In this document: positions 1 through 12,309 of the stretch, piece after piece
How positions within the stretch are numbered: the first letter of the stretch is position 1
Layout of the letters: each line of letters starts with the position of its first letter
Source of the DNA: Pristiophorus japonicus
Taxonomy: Eukaryota
Assembly (NCBI RefSeq): GCF_044704955.1
Contig: NC_091995.1
Span: forward strand, 4,898,001 to 4,962,000
DNA: 64,000 nucleotides
Reading direction: 5' to 3'
Notes under the pieces: generated by a model
Seen by the model: the letters and a program-made list of their open reading frames with translations, nothing else
Database searches by the model: none
Told to the model about the DNA's origin: nothing
Translations under genes and position numbers: made by a program

Positions 1-188
1 CTCTCCCTCCTCCCCTTCCCCCTGCTCTCTCCCCCCCATCCCTCTCTCCCGCTCCCCCCCACACTCTCTCTCCCCTCCCCCCATTCTTTCTCCACCTCCC
101 CCGCTCGCTCTTCCCCCGCTGTGACAGAGACTGATGCCCATCAGTTTGCAGCTGGTAAGAGGCAGGGTGAAATTATGGGATGGGCCTG

Positions 189-739
189 TTAGTGACCTTT
201 AACCCCGCAGATTGTCAGCGGTTCGGAGTTTTTCCCGCCATCATTCAATCCCGGATTGAAGAAGGGAAAGATTCTCTCAGTGAAAGTGTGGGTGAAAGTG
301 TGGAGATGGGACATGTTGTCCGCATTGTAAAATGACACCTGTCCGCCCTCATAGTCCAGGTACACCCCGATCTTCCGGGGCTCCACACTCAGGGTGAGGG
401 GGGTCAGTGAGGGGGAGGTGCTGGCAACATAGTCACTTCCGACATTCAGTCTCACAATCCAGTATCCGGTCTCTGGGCTCCTGGTGAATATCCCTTTCCT
501 CCCGCCATACTCTCGGGTCACTCCCATAAACCACCGAGTCTTATTCCCCACGTCCACCTCCCAGTAATGTCTCCCTGATGTGAATCCCTCCGATCCCAGG
601 ACACAGAGCCAGACATCAAACCTCTCCGGGGTGTCAGGGAGCCGCTGCCGTTTGTCCCCGAGCCTCACACGGGTCCGGTCCTCAGACAGGATGAGCCGGG
701 GATTCGCTGTTTTCGGATCCAGAGTCAGAGAGGCTGGAG
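189..739 (-). CDS. TRIM-A terminal PRY/SPRY (B30.2) exon
   Basis: ORF 189..668 extended to the acceptor ttcccccag at 740. LDP.TA, GRHYWEV and IGVYLDY motifs; TAA at 189-191. Confidence 0.93.
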
Positions 740-3700
740 CTGGGGGAAAGTTAAAGTAACACAGTCAGTGATTTAGTTTCTTGCTGTGATTTATTTAAAC
801 GCTTTCCCTTTTAAAGTGCCCACTCGGGCTCTGGGTTGTGATCATGGAAACTCCTGCCGCTCCAAGGTTTACGCCCCGGGGGTCGATTGAAGTCAATTTC
901 GGGCCTGAATCAGCGCAGTCAGCGCCTGGAGATAAAGACCCGAAAACCACTGGAGACACTGAGAGAGGGTAGAGAGAGATCGGGGGTGGGCGGGAGGAGG
1001 GGGAGAGAGACTGGCGGGACAGTGTGAGTGGGGTCTGGGGAGGGGAGAGAGAGAGCGGTGGGGTTGGGTTGCGGGGAGACTGAGGTTTAAGCAGCTGTTT
1101 CCAAAGGCCGCAAGGAAAGTAGTGTTGTAAATAAAATATTTCACAGGTAAGACAGAGTCCAGTATAAGGAATGCGATAGAAATAAACACACTGCAATTAC
1201 ATCTGAAGGAGAAACTTACATTTCTAATGTTCCTGACAAATACCTCAAAGCACTTCCCACAATGTATTACTTCCCATACTCTCCGCATAAAGTAGTTGGG
1301 AGTGATTTACGTCTCACAATCGCCCGGATTTACACCGTAAACGGAGCAGTAACGAGACAAAAACCACCCGCAGTGCTTCCCACCTGGTTCCCACCAAGGC
1401 CCGCCGGGAGATTATGCCGCAGCCGTGAAATAGGAATCCAGCGCTCCCGCACTAAACATGGGGGAAGCCTCATTAGTTTATGCAAACCGGATCCCATAAT
1501 GTACATGTGACCCCAATGCAATCTTGGTCTTCCATTGGACGGTGCGTGAGCTGTGCAAGTCCCACCCAGTGGAACAGTCTGTAGAATGGCCCAACCTGTG
1601 GTCCTTAAAGGGACCGCTGGAACCCCCACAGGGAATGATGCAAGGAGTTAGCTCCGTCCGGTGTCCTGGACAATATTTATCCATCAACCAACATCATGAA
1701 AACAGGCTATCTGGTCATTATCACGTTGCTGCTTGTGGGAGCTTGCTGTGCATAAACTGGTTGTGGCGTTTCCTACATTACAACAGTGACTACAGTTTAA
1801 AAACTCTTCATTGTCTGTAAAGATCTTTGGAACATCTTGAGGTCGTGAAAGGTCGGATATAAAAACACTTCTTTCTATTTATTCTCTGTGTAACAGTTTC
1901 TCTGTGGCCGGGAGGTGCATGAATTGTCCTGCCCGCTGCTGGCTGCCCCTCGGCTTTGCCCCTCCGCCCCACAACCCCCATCATCCTACCTCCTCCCCCC
2001 CGGATATATTTTCCCGCCATTCTCTGAGTTTGAGACTATCGCTACTTTGTTGTAGACTCTGTGACCTGTGACTGTGTTAAACCTCTGGATGTTTATCTTC
2101 TCTCTGCTGTTTAGGATCTTGAATACTTCAGTAAGATCACCCCAAGCCCTCCCTTATCCAGTGCAAAGACTCCTGACTTCCAGACTAGATACAGACATCA
2201 TTGATCATTTAATCCGGGTCTGAGAGCCGGTTTAGGCCCTTCTCATCTGGATTTATAAATCATGAAAAGGAATACAGGAGATTTACCGGGGTTAATGGCG
2301 TCTATCATTTCTCTCCACGCTGTGTACTGTAAAGGGCCGTTGAACTTTCCGACAGACAGGGCGCCATCTACTACTGACAGCACGGGATAGTCCTCACTAA
2401 TCCTGTAAATATTATGCAGTTGATGTTATAAATTGACCATAAACACTTTACCAAACTGCAGAGATTGTGTAAAGAGCATGTCCTACCTCCCCATCCAACA
2501 AGCTTCCTCCTGAAATAAATAAAACACGAACAATGAGGAGGACAGTAATAGACTTCAGGAGGACACAGACAGGCTGGTGAAATGAGCAGACACAGGGCGG
2601 ATACAATTTAACACAGAGAAGTGTGAAGTGAAGCATTTTGGAAGGAAGAATGAGGGGAGGCATTGTAAACTAAATGGTAAAATTTTAAATGGGGTGCAGG
2701 AACAGAGAGACCTGGGGGAATCACATTTACAAACTTGATGGAGCGTGGTGATTATTTTTAACAGTGAATCATCGAATCATAGAAATGTACAGCACGCCAG
2801 GAGGCCATTCAGCCCATCGTGTCCGTGCCGGCCGACAAAGCGTATCCAGCCTAATGTCACGTTCCAGTTCTTGGTACGTAGGTTTAAAGGTTACGCCTCT
2901 TCACATATATATTCAAGTATTTTTAAATGTGGTGCGGGATTCTGCCTCTACCACCCTTTCAGACCATGAGCTCCAGATCCCCGCCACCCTCTGGGTGAAA
3001 CATTATCCCCTCAAATTCCCTCTAAACCCTGAGAAATTGCTTTAAATCCATGTCCCCTGATTGTTGACCCCTCTGCTAAGGGAAATAGGCCTTTCCTATC
3101 CACTCTTTCTCGGCTCCTCATAATTCGAAACACCTCAATATGGTCTCCCCTCAGCCTCCTCTGTTCCAAAGTAAACAATCCAATCTTTCCTCGTAGCTAA
3201 AATTCTCCAGTCCAGGCAACATCCTTGCAAATCTCCTCTGTACCCTCTCTAGTGCAATCACACCTTTCCTGTAATGTGGTGACCAGAACTACACGCAGTA
3301 CTCTAGCTGTGGCTTAACTAGTGCTTTATACAGTTCAAGCGTAATCTCCCTGCTCTTGTATTCAATGCCTCGGTGAATGAAGACAAGTATTCCGTATGCC
3401 TTCTTAACCACCTTATCTACCTGTGATGTTACCTTCAGGGATCTGTGGACACGCACTCCAAGGTCCCTCTGTTCCACAATGACTTGTGATGATCAGGAAT
3501 GCACAATGACAGCGTGGAGGAAGCAGATTCCATGGTAATTTTAAAAAGGGAATTGGAAATACACTTGAAAAGGAAATAAATTCAGGGCTATGGGGAAAGA
3601 GGAGTGGGATTAATTGGATTGCTCTTTCAAAGAGCCACACAGACATGATGGGCCATTTGTGCTGTAGGATTCTATGATTGTAAGTAGTTGAACATTCCGA

Positions 3701-4995
3701 TTCATGTGTCAGATACTGGAACTCAACATCAGTGCCACTCACACACAGTGACTGTCACACCCACCGTACCACACACACCACACACTCACAACATGGAACT
3801 GTAACTGGATTGCAATGAGAGTTCTGGGAGATATTAAACTATGGGGCAGCACAGAAATAATTATAAGCAAAGTATTAATATCACAGCAACCCATTCCCAT
3901 GATTTTACAGACAGTGTGGGAGTAGGATCTTTCCGTGTCGATAGCAGAACCGCCCACGAATAGACAAAACAATCGGTTTAAATCAGTTTTGAAATGTTCA
4001 GTAAATGCTGCATTTATTTCAGTTATCATCAGTTATTTTGTGACTGTGTGAAGTTTCACTGAATTGACCCACAATATAATCATCACCTTCAGCAATGTCA
4101 GTCCGTCTTTTTGCTCCATCTGTTTCTGCAACTTTGAGAGCTCCTCCTGAATAGAACTTAAATTCTCTTGAATCTGTCGAAGATTTTCCTCCATTGTTTC
4201 TAGAATCTTCCCCTCTTGTTCCCTGAGATCTCGGATTAAACGCTGCTCTTTCTCAGTGAGAATCTGGTGCATTTTAGTGAACTCGAATGTGATGCGGGTC
4301 TGCAGACTGCTCGACTGTTCCTACCAAATGAAATGTGAAACATAATTAATGTCCCGCGATAGAGGGAACAAAACTAACCGAGATCCCAGAAAATCAGCTC
4401 AGGGAGACCTTACCCTAACTCCGGAAATCTGCTGTTTCTGTTTTAATTCCGTTTCTAGAGCCGCCGATTTCTTCTCTGTGACAGAATCTAAGGAAGATTT
4501 CAGCCGATCCTGGGATTGGGAGAGAAAATCACGGAGTAAACGTGTTAGACCATGAAAATATGATAAACTAATCAGGTGATCCAATCTGTTCCCTTTTACC
4601 TTGTAAAATTCAACAGCTTCTTTAATGGGCATGAAGCGGTGCTCTCTGTGTTCCCGCGCAACAACACACATCACGCAGATCAATTTCCTGTCAGTTTCAC
4701 AAAACAGCTTCAGTTCTTCCTGATGTTCCTCACAGTGAAGTTTACTTTCTGTCTCTTTCGGATTCGGGGTTAATTTTCGAGCTTTCTCGGCCAGATTCGC
4801 TGCCATCCGATTTACCCTGAGCTTTCTTTCCGGAAACTCCTCTCTACATTCCGGGCAGGAGTTTGTCTCCTTCTTTTCCCAACACTGTGTGATACAGGCG
4901 CGGCAGAAGTTATGCCCACACTCCAGTAAAACCGGATCGGTGAAGAAATCCAGACAAATGGGACAAATTGCCTCCTCAGCCAAACTCGCGGCCAT
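189..4995 (-). CDS. TRIM-A: intact tripartite-motif E3 ligase (RING/B-box/coiled-coil/PRY-SPRY), TRIM39/TRIM27/A33-like; exons 4995-4600, 4509-4414, 4320-4087, 2509-2487, 2402-2287, 739-189; 471 aa
   Basis: Exon 1 encodes [34 protein letters not shown] (C3HC4 RING) and [15 protein letters not shown] (B-box). All introns are GT..AG. Exon sizes 396/96/234/23/116/551 sum to 1416 nt with no stop seen before the terminal TAA. The last exon encodes [16 protein letters not shown]...GRHYWEV...GVYLDYEGG (B30.2). Confidence 0.92.
1640..1875 (+). mobile_element. Deu-domain SINE fragment (SacSINE1/AmnSINE-like) with L2-type tail
   Basis: ...ggtcattatcacgttgctgcttgtgggagcttgctgtgca...tttcctacattacaacagtgactaca...gtcgtgaaagg..tataaa, recognised from memory as DeuSINE core plus tail. 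Confidence 0.6.
2767..3480 (-). mobile_element. CR1 LINE 3' fragment in TRIM-A intron 3, flanked by + strand CR1 pieces (2530-2745, 3500-3680)
   Basis: ORF 3289..3477 [28 protein letters not shown]...[10 protein letters not shown] (CR1 ORF2 C-terminus); tail of (attctatg)-type repeats. Confidence 0.85.
4600..4995 (-). CDS. TRIM-A exon 1 (RING + B-box)
   Basis: ATG at 4995 in aacATGg context; RING and B-box cysteine/histidine pattern; donor AAG|gtaaaa at 4599. Confidence 0.93.
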
Positions 4996-5219
4996 GTTTT
5001 CTCTCAGCACTTCCTGATTCAATCCGCTCTCAGTTACAGTGTTTACTGAGCTGCCGAACACCCTCAGTTCAGCGATTTCCCGAAGAAGTTCACTGCAATA
5101 CTCAGGGAATTATTATTATACTCTCGTGTATGTCCCGTCGACTTTTACACGGGGAGACAAAACTTCGAGCAGACTGAAGGACAAACAGGGTTAGAGCACG
5201 GAGGGGACGAACTGAACCC

Positions 5220-5300
5220 CGGCCGGGAAGGTGAAAGTCCCTGGGGTATTGGCAGTGGGAGGAGGGAGGGAGAGAGGGGGGAGGAGGCGGGGATTGGCGG
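5220..5300 (-). promoter_or_regulatory. Candidate TRIM-A proximal promoter with overlapping kappaB-like/IRF-like motif, GC box and CCAAT
   Basis: gaaggtgaaagtccc at 5227-5241 (revcomp GGGACTTTCA), gaggcggg and gattgg at ~5283-5297; ~230-300 bp upstream of the ATG. Motif match only. Confidence 0.35.
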
Positions 5301-5802
5301 GGCTCCAGATTCCAGTGCACTTTGCTCCGGACCGAACTCACTGCCGACTGCACACCCTCTGGTGAAACTCGGTGTGAGATAAACAGAATCGTGTTAACGA
5401 TCGCAGCCGCTCACCCTAAAACACAAAGTGTCCTCAATGTCAAGGAGCTGTCTGGAAACCATGACCAGTGTCAGTGCTTCCTGATTGAAACTGCTGGAGT
5501 CATGTTTCTGTGGGTGGATCCAGACCCGGTTCCCAGTCACAGATCACTCTGAGTCCCTGGAAGTGCTGCTCACATCTGGATGAAATAGAATCGCATTTAC
5601 AAAGTCTGTGTCGTTTCGGGATGAGCACCGCGTTATACTGGGAGTCAGCGGTCATTTTACTGAGGCTGGGAAGCGGGAGAGGGGAAATGAGGAAGGCAGT
5701 GGAGAGATGAATGCTGATTTGGAAGACAGCGTTTTATTTTATAGATTTTGTATGCAGTGTTATGATGCAAAATGTTCCATCCCTGTCGTCATATCCAACA
5801 TT

Positions 5803-6880
5803 GGGGGGGATTTTAGTCTTTACCATCCGGCATTAGGCATCACATGGGCGGGGAAATGAAAATCACGCCGGTAACAGAACCCACAATACATTTCTACTGC
5901 ACTCAATGGAAGGAAAGTCAGGCGGGTTCTGTGATCAGTGTACGATCCTCTGTGTCCCATGTTCCTTCCTGTGCTGTGTCCAAGTGACCCTCTCCCGATC
6001 ACAGCCCACTCCCTCCTAACCAATTCCCCTCCCCTCGGAGCTAGCTGAGAATGTACAGCAGGTTTCTGCAGCTCGGCAGTTACATTTCATTCTCGCTTGC
6101 CAGAGAGGAGCGAGCAGGCAGCTTCACCGGGATAGCAGGCTCCGTGGTGCTGGGGACCATTGACTGACACATGTCACTCTGTGGGCTCCACATCTCATTT
6201 CGGTGATGTACCGCACCCACTCCCTCAATATCCAGCTGGTGTGTGACCATACTCAGCACATCATGCAGGTCAGTGCTCAGTATCCTGGCAGTAGCCATGT
6301 TGCCTTCATTCTGCGGCAGCCCGCTGTACCTTCAGCATTTGAGCCACCACAACAAACCAGAGGGTGGCTACTGGGCGACAAGGGCTATCCACTGCCCACC
6401 TGGCTCATGACTCTGCTACGCTACACGTGGGCATGGACAGTGTGCATATAATGAGGGCCATGCCGCCACATGGAATCTGATAGAGCAGACCACTGGCATC
6501 CTTAATCAATGCTTCAGCTGCCTGGACCGCTCTGGAGGAGCCCTGCAGTACTCACCAGAGCGGGTCTCAAGATTCACCACGGTCTTCTGCATGCTCCATA
6601 TCCTTGCCATCATGAGGGCACAGCCCTTACCACCAGACATATGGTGACCAGCTGAGGAGGAGGAGGAATAGGTGTTGATGATAGTAAAAGAGGAGGGGAG
6701 GAAGCTGAAGAGGAGGAAGTGGAAGGGAGGAGGGAACCCAGCCAGACCCTTTCTGCCCGGGATGTCCGTGATCCAATCATCCGACTGCGGTACCAGTTAA
6801 TGCAACCCCAATGCCCCATTCAACAATAGTCCCACACCTTACCTCCCCTCTGTTACTGACCATTACAGCGTCCTCTTGAC
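5803..6880 (+). mobile_element. Degenerate PIF/Harbinger DNA transposon (HARBI1-like DDE transposase relic)
   Basis: ORF 6203..6451 HSLNIQLVCD...YPGSSH.AFILRQ...GWLLGDKGYPL..WLMT is the Harbinger nuclease signature; followed by stops/frameshifts and an acidic tail. Boundaries approximate. Confidence 0.8.
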
Positions 6881-6889
6881 CACAATCTC

Positions 6890-7290
6890 TCTCAGGTCAC
6901 CTCTCAGTCTTCACTTTTCCAGAGAAAAGAGCTACAGCCTGTTTCATCTTTCCTGATAGGTAAAACCTCTCAGATCTGGATAAATCTTTGTTGCTATTTC
7001 TCCAGGGCCTCTGTATCCTTTGTATAATATGGCAACCAGAACTGTGTCCATTGCACAGCAAGTGTGGTCTAACCAAGCTTCTATACAAGTGTACATAACT
7101 TCTCCACTTTTCAATTCTATTCCTCTAGAAATGAACCCGAGTGTTTGCATTTTGTTAACTTGTGTTGCTACTTTTAATGATTTGTGAATCTGTAGCCCTA
7201 GATCCCTTTGCTCCCCAAACCCATTTAGACTATTATTTCCCCAGGAGTCTGTGGCCTCCTTATTCATCCTACCATTTGTCTCTTCTCTCC
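6890..7290 (-). mobile_element. CR1 LINE fragment
   Basis: EQRDLGLQIHKSLKVATQV...SRGIELKS, YRSLVRPHL. Confidence 0.8.
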
Positions 7291-7621
7291 CCGTCCTTCC
7301 CCCAGCCCTACAGAGGTCCTTGCTGATCATTCAGTTCCCAGTTCCTCTGCACAGTGTGCACCCGAAATGCTCACCTGTCCATTATATAATATAATACTGA
7401 TTATATCTGCATACACCTCTGCACCATTGTTGCTGAATGATCACAATTTTTTATATACAGAAAACCTCTGCATTTTTGTTGCATGTCCTGCTTCTATTTC
7501 GAACTACTGGCGAGAGGATCCCCCAGAAATTGCAGCTCAAGTTTCTATCGCTCCCAGGAAACCAGACTGGACGGGGGGGTGAAATTGGTCTTTGGGCGGA
7601 AGCACAAATCAGGCAATCATG

Positions 7622-8102
7622 AGTAACCAGCGCTTCGACTTCCTGCTTCAGAGTTGTTGTCTGGCATATCTGTTTTTTTTCTTTTCATTTGTGTTATATG
7701 AATTGTTAGATTAATGGGAGTAATAAAGATGCTGAGACCACTCTAAACTCATGTGATCGATGGTGAATGCATTTTCATTAAGAACAAAAAAACTCAATGC
7801 AGGAATTCTGGAGTGAAATTGGTCTCGGGCACTAACGCAAAATTTCTAGAAAATGGACAGGTGCGGTGCCCATTTTCTAGAAATTTTGCGTTAGTGCCCG
7901 AGACCAATTTCACTCCAGAATTCCTGCATTGAGTTTTTTTGTTCTTAATGAAAATGCATTCACCATCGATCACATGAGTTTAGAGTGGTCTCAGCATCTT
8001 TATTACTCCCATTAATCTAACAATTCATATAACACAAATGAAAATAAAAAAAAGTTATGCCAGACAACAACTCTGAAGCAGGAAGTCGAAGCGCTGGTTA
8101 CT
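7622..8102. repeat. ~480-bp near-perfect inverted repeat (arms 7622-7856 and 7870-8102, 13-nt spacer)
   Basis: agtaaccagcgcttcgacttcctg...aatttctagaaaatgg [acaggtgcggtgc] ccattttctagaaatt...caggaagtcgaagcgctggttact; the only clear differences are around a T/A run. Confidence 0.97.
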
Positions 8103-9260
8103 GGTCTATCACTGACTGCATTGCTATTCACTACAATATCACAGTGAACATTTAGAAGCACAGTCCCAATGGATGGGTTTCTTCTGTTTAAATTGCAGAA
8201 CTGACAAGCACTGGGTGATTGTTTCTGTGTTCTACCAAGTGATCTAAGTCTGTAAAGCACTTCCTAAGGTTGTGAAATGCGCTATATAAATGGAAGTTGC
8301 ATTTTTTTATTGTCGTGGCCACTAACTTTATTAATGTGAGACAGTTGCTAGAATACAATAGGATGATAATCTTGTCAGTAAATTATCGAGTTACATAAAA
8401 CTTCAGAGAGCCTGCATTACCTCCTGTTCTCATCAGCTGCCCGATAAACAGACTGTCACTCACACTGACTGTTCTGTGCTTAATAGATTGGCATGTGGTA
8501 GCAAGATCAATCATATCAAAGTGATTTCAAAACTATCAACGCCTCGATATCCTCACTGCGACAATGACAGGAACAAATTAGATCTGGAAAGTTATATTTC
8601 TGTGTAGTTATGGACATTGACAGGAAGTTAGTCCCACTGACACTTGGAAACATACATTGGAACTAAAATAAGTTTCCAAGATCATTACAAATGATGGAGG
8701 CCATTCTGCCCATCTTGAGGCATCAGAGAGATCTTCACATCATCCCATTGTCCCATTGACTTGTTTCTTTAATGATTCCAGGGTTTGACAAGATTATCAT
8801 CACTCTATCTGGAATTTCATTCCACATTGTGATGACTCTGGGGTGGGGGTGGGGAGGAGATTTTGAAGCCTCCCACTGCTGCAAACAAGGTGGCAGTGCC
8901 ATAAAAATGTACTGACCACTGGTGGCCCCTGTGATCCTGATCCACTACAAGGAGCCCTGCGGCCCCCCGGTCTCCTGCGGTTCTCAAGCAGAATGATGTG
9001 TGCAAAATATTGCAGGTTTCTGAAGGCAGTGGTTCATCCAAGGAACCCTGTATTTGTTATATTGGGAGAGCTGAAATTACAGCTGACTACTTGAGGTGCT
9101 GTTTTAGAAAGTGGTTTTGTTGCAGAAATAAGTTTAATTCCACTCAGCGCCATTTGTAACCCTGATACATTGCAACTACTTAAAGATCGTCTTTGATATG
9201 ATTTGTTCATTGTATATCACATGAGTTATAAATCAGAACATAGGAACCTATGAGTTTTAC

Positions 9261-9491
9261 CAGGGTTAATAGTGAAGATTATTTCTCTCCACAGTGTGCA
9301 CTGTAAAGGGCCGTTGAATTTTTCCACGGACACGGCAGCATCTGATAATGTCAGTATAGTCCTCGCCAGTCCTGCAAATATCAAACAATCGATTATAAAT
9401 TGACCATAATCACTTTTTTCAGCTATTTTACCAAACTGTGCAGAGTTTCAGTAAAGAGCAAGTTCTACCTCATCTTCTGACAAGCTTCCTC
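9261..9491 (-). pseudogene. TRIM-B relic: exon 4 (9491-9469, 23 nt) and frameshifted exon 5 (9371-9261, 111 nt); intron-3 homology continues to ~11513
   Basis: ttcag|gaggaagcttgtcagaagatgag|gtag matches the TRIM-A 23-nt exon. The exon-5 homolog is 5 nt shorter than the 116-nt TRIM-A exon. 10235-10380 and 11475-11513 match TRIM-A intron 3. Confidence 0.8.
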
Positions 9492-9639
9492 CTGAAATAT
9501 TAGGAAAATACAAATCTGAGTTGCCAGAGACTGAGCATCTATATCCGGACAGCAGAAATACACCCAAGTGCCGATCATTCCGCATTCTCACTGCTGCCGA
9601 CACACAGATAGAAAGATATAATAAAAGCGAGATCGAAAC

Positions 9640-10140
9640 ACAGGAGAAAGTGCAACACAGATTTACACGAATGATACCAGAACTCAGTGGCTACAGCCAT
9701 CAGCAAAGTTTACAACAGGCTGGGGCACTTTTCTCGAGATAAGAGAAGATGGAGAAGTGTCCCGATGGAGATTTTTAAAGTTATTATGGATTTCGATTGG
9801 GTAGATGCAGAAAAGATGTTTCCACTTGTGGGAGAGTCAAAACCTGGGGGCCATAAATATAAAGTAGTCACTAATAAATCCAAAAGGGAATTCAGGAGAA
9901 ATCACTTTACTCAGAGAGTGGTGAGAATGTGGAACTCGCTGCCACAGAGAGTAGTTGAGGCGAATAGCATCGATGTATTTAAGGGGAAGCTAGATAATTA
10001 CATGCTGGAGAAAGGGACAGAAGGATATATTGATCGGGTGAGCTGTAGTAAGGTGGGAGGAGGTTCGTGTGGAGCAAAAATACCGACATAGATCTGTTGG
10101 ATCCAATGGCCTGTCCCTGTGCTGTAAAATCTACGTAATT
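9640..10140 (+). mobile_element. CR1 LINE 3' fragment
   Basis: EKVQHRFTRMIPEL; GHKYKV...FRRNHFTQRVVRMWNSLP...FKGKLD. Confidence 0.85.
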
Positions 10141-10424
10141 CTCTGTTGAATATATTTGAAAAACGGACAGTAGATATTACACCCAGAGTATTTCAAGCAG
10201 CTAATAGAAAAAGGATATAGTTGAAAATGGGAGTTGTGTCAGATACTGGAAACCAACATCAGCCCCACTCACAGACACAGTGCCTCTCACACCCACCGTG
10301 CCACACACACGCAACATGGAACTGGAACAGGATTGCAATGGGACTTTCAGGAGAATATTAAAGTTGGGCACCACAGAAATAATTACAAGCCGAGTGTCTA
10401 GATCAGGGCAACTCATTCCCCGGG

Positions 10425-11407
10425 CCATTCATTAATCGTGGGCCACCCCCACCCTGCGAGAGGACACCACCACAGGTCGGGAGTATAAAAGAGCAGCGCG
10501 GGCCCTGAAACATCATGGGCCACCCTGACCTGCGAGAGGACACCACCGCAGGTCGGGAGAATAAAAGAGCAGCGCAGGCCCTGAAACATCATGGGCCACC
10601 CTGACCTGCGAGAGGACACCACCGCAGGTCGGGAGAATAAAAGAGCAGTGCGGGTCCTGAAACATCATGGGCCACCCCAACCTGCGAGAGGACACCACCG
10701 CAATTCGGGAGAATAAAAGAGCAGCGCGGGCCCTGAAACATCATGGGCCAAGCCAACCTGCGAGAGGACACCACCGCAATTCGGGAGGATAAAGAGCATA
10801 CCACTGCAGCTTCCAGCGTGAGCTGCTTCAAGAGTGTGACAGCTTCGAGGTGGGCAACTGGATGACGTCATCAAAACCCACTTCGTGCTTTGGTCATGGT
10901 TTGGAGCGTGGGCAGAAACATCAGCGGGGTCCAGGTACAGTGGAGGAGCGGGAAGGTCGAGGCGGAGGAGAGGTGAGAGATCGTCGCAGTGGAGCGGCGA
11001 GAGATCGTTGCGGAGGAGCGGTGAATGTTTGTGGCAGTGGAACGGCGAGAGATCGTTGCGGAGCTGCGGCGAATGAGGGTATGGGGTCCAGAAGAGCCGA
11101 GGGCCCAGGGGCAGCACAGGTCAGCCCACACTGCGGTATGTGAGCGCACTGGGTCCGTGCAGCAGAGCAGGTCTCCAGCCGTCCTGGTTAACCCTTGCCA
11201 CTGGATAAAGGCCGAGCTCTGTCAAGCCCCGTGTGGTGGCTGATGTGCGACGGTCACCACACGTTAAAACAATCCAGGCTCAGGCATCTTCCACCCTTCA
11301 ATTGGAGTTCAGGACTGGAATATTAGGTCCTTCATTGAAACATCTGTCAACCCATGTGGGAGCAAGTCCTCCTGGTTCCAGGGGCCGCCGATGATGATGA
11401 TGAAGAC
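10425..11407 (+). mobile_element. Non-autonomous RTE-derived retroelement with 5' tandem repeats and (TGA)n tail
   Basis: Its 11100-11300 block recurs at 12310-12495 directly fused to RTE ORF C-terminal sequence. Ends in gatgatgatga; imperfect TSD cattccc(c)ggg at 10414 and 11408. Confidence 0.6.
10440..10800 (+). repeat. 76-bp tandem repeat, ~4.7 copies
   Basis: Unit gggccaccctgacctgcgagaggacaccaccgcaggtcgggagaataaaagagcagcgcgggccctgaaacatcat. Confidence 0.92.
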
Positions 11408-11589
11408 CATTCCCGGGGAGGTTGCGGGTATTCCCGGGATTCTGTAGATATTGTGGGAGGCCGATTAGTTCGGTGACAATCGCAGATCCGCCCCGGAATA
11501 GACAAAACAATCTGTGAGCCTCCTGTGAAGCGCCTGGGGACCTTTTACTGCGTTAAAGGCGCTATATAAACACAGGTTGTTGTTGTCCC

Positions 11590-12230
11590 GCTCCCCGCCA
11601 ATCACAGCACACACCCCGCGACCGCTCACAGGGGCAAAGATTGCCGGCCGTTAAACATTAAATATTTAAACCCAACCGGCAAGTTCCGAGCGCGAGCCTC
11701 TTTCAACCGAAATCATGGCCGGAAACCCCGCCTCCCGGCGGCGCTGATTGGCCAATGGCGGCACGGTGAAGAGCTCTACGGGAAGCCGATTGGCCAGCAT
11801 GACTGTCACTCAGAGTGAGGGAGGCGGGTTTCCAGGGCGGGGCTCTGCTGGGGGAAGCGGATTGGCCAGAGCGCCTATCACTCAGAGCGAGGTAGGCGAG
11901 TTTCCGGGGCGGGCCCGGGCCTCAGTGGGAGTCGGACTGGAAGCTCGGGCAGTGTGTTTGGGCCGAGCATCAGTGCCACAGCGCTGGGCCCTTGTCTCGG
12001 CGAGTTAGAGCCGGTGGGAGCGGCTCACGGCGGTCGCCGCCTGCTTTTATACTCGGCGGCGGGGGGGGTTTATTTCACACTTTGGATTCTTCTTGTTATT
12101 ATTCACCCGGGGGGAGCCAGGGCGTCATGGCAACGGGTTTGGTGAGCGAGGTGGACAGTCGCTTCATCCCCGGGAACCTGCTGAGCGGTGGCTGCGGTAA
12201 GGACAGTATTTAAACAGTGTGCAAGTTCCA
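11590..12230. promoter_or_regulatory. CpG-island promoter with several CCAAT boxes, GC boxes and ETS-like motifs
   Basis: CpG-rich; gattggccaat ~11746, gattggcc ~11788 and ~11860 within a duplicated ~72-bp module ending gtttcc.gggcggg; ccggaa ~11720. Confidence 0.7.
12127..12196 (+). CDS. Putative first coding exon (MATGLVSEVDSRFIPGNLLSGGC), phase-1 donor
   Basis: Strong Kozak gtcATGg at 12127 inside the CpG island; donor G|gtaagg at 12197. No homology recognised. Confidence 0.4.
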
Positions 12231-12309
12231 GGTTACCATAATCCAGGCCGCTGATTGGAGGTGGGCAGGTACAGCAGGAGCGACGAGAGATTGCAGAGAG
12301 ATGTGATCG

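Noticed and set aside
6203-6620. Host HARBI1 gene
   Set aside because: Fragmentary, with stops and frameshifts; a transposon relic.
10440-10800. Regular repeats resembling a CRISPR array
   Set aside because: Head-to-tail 76-bp units without unique spacers, in vertebrate DNA with no cas genes.
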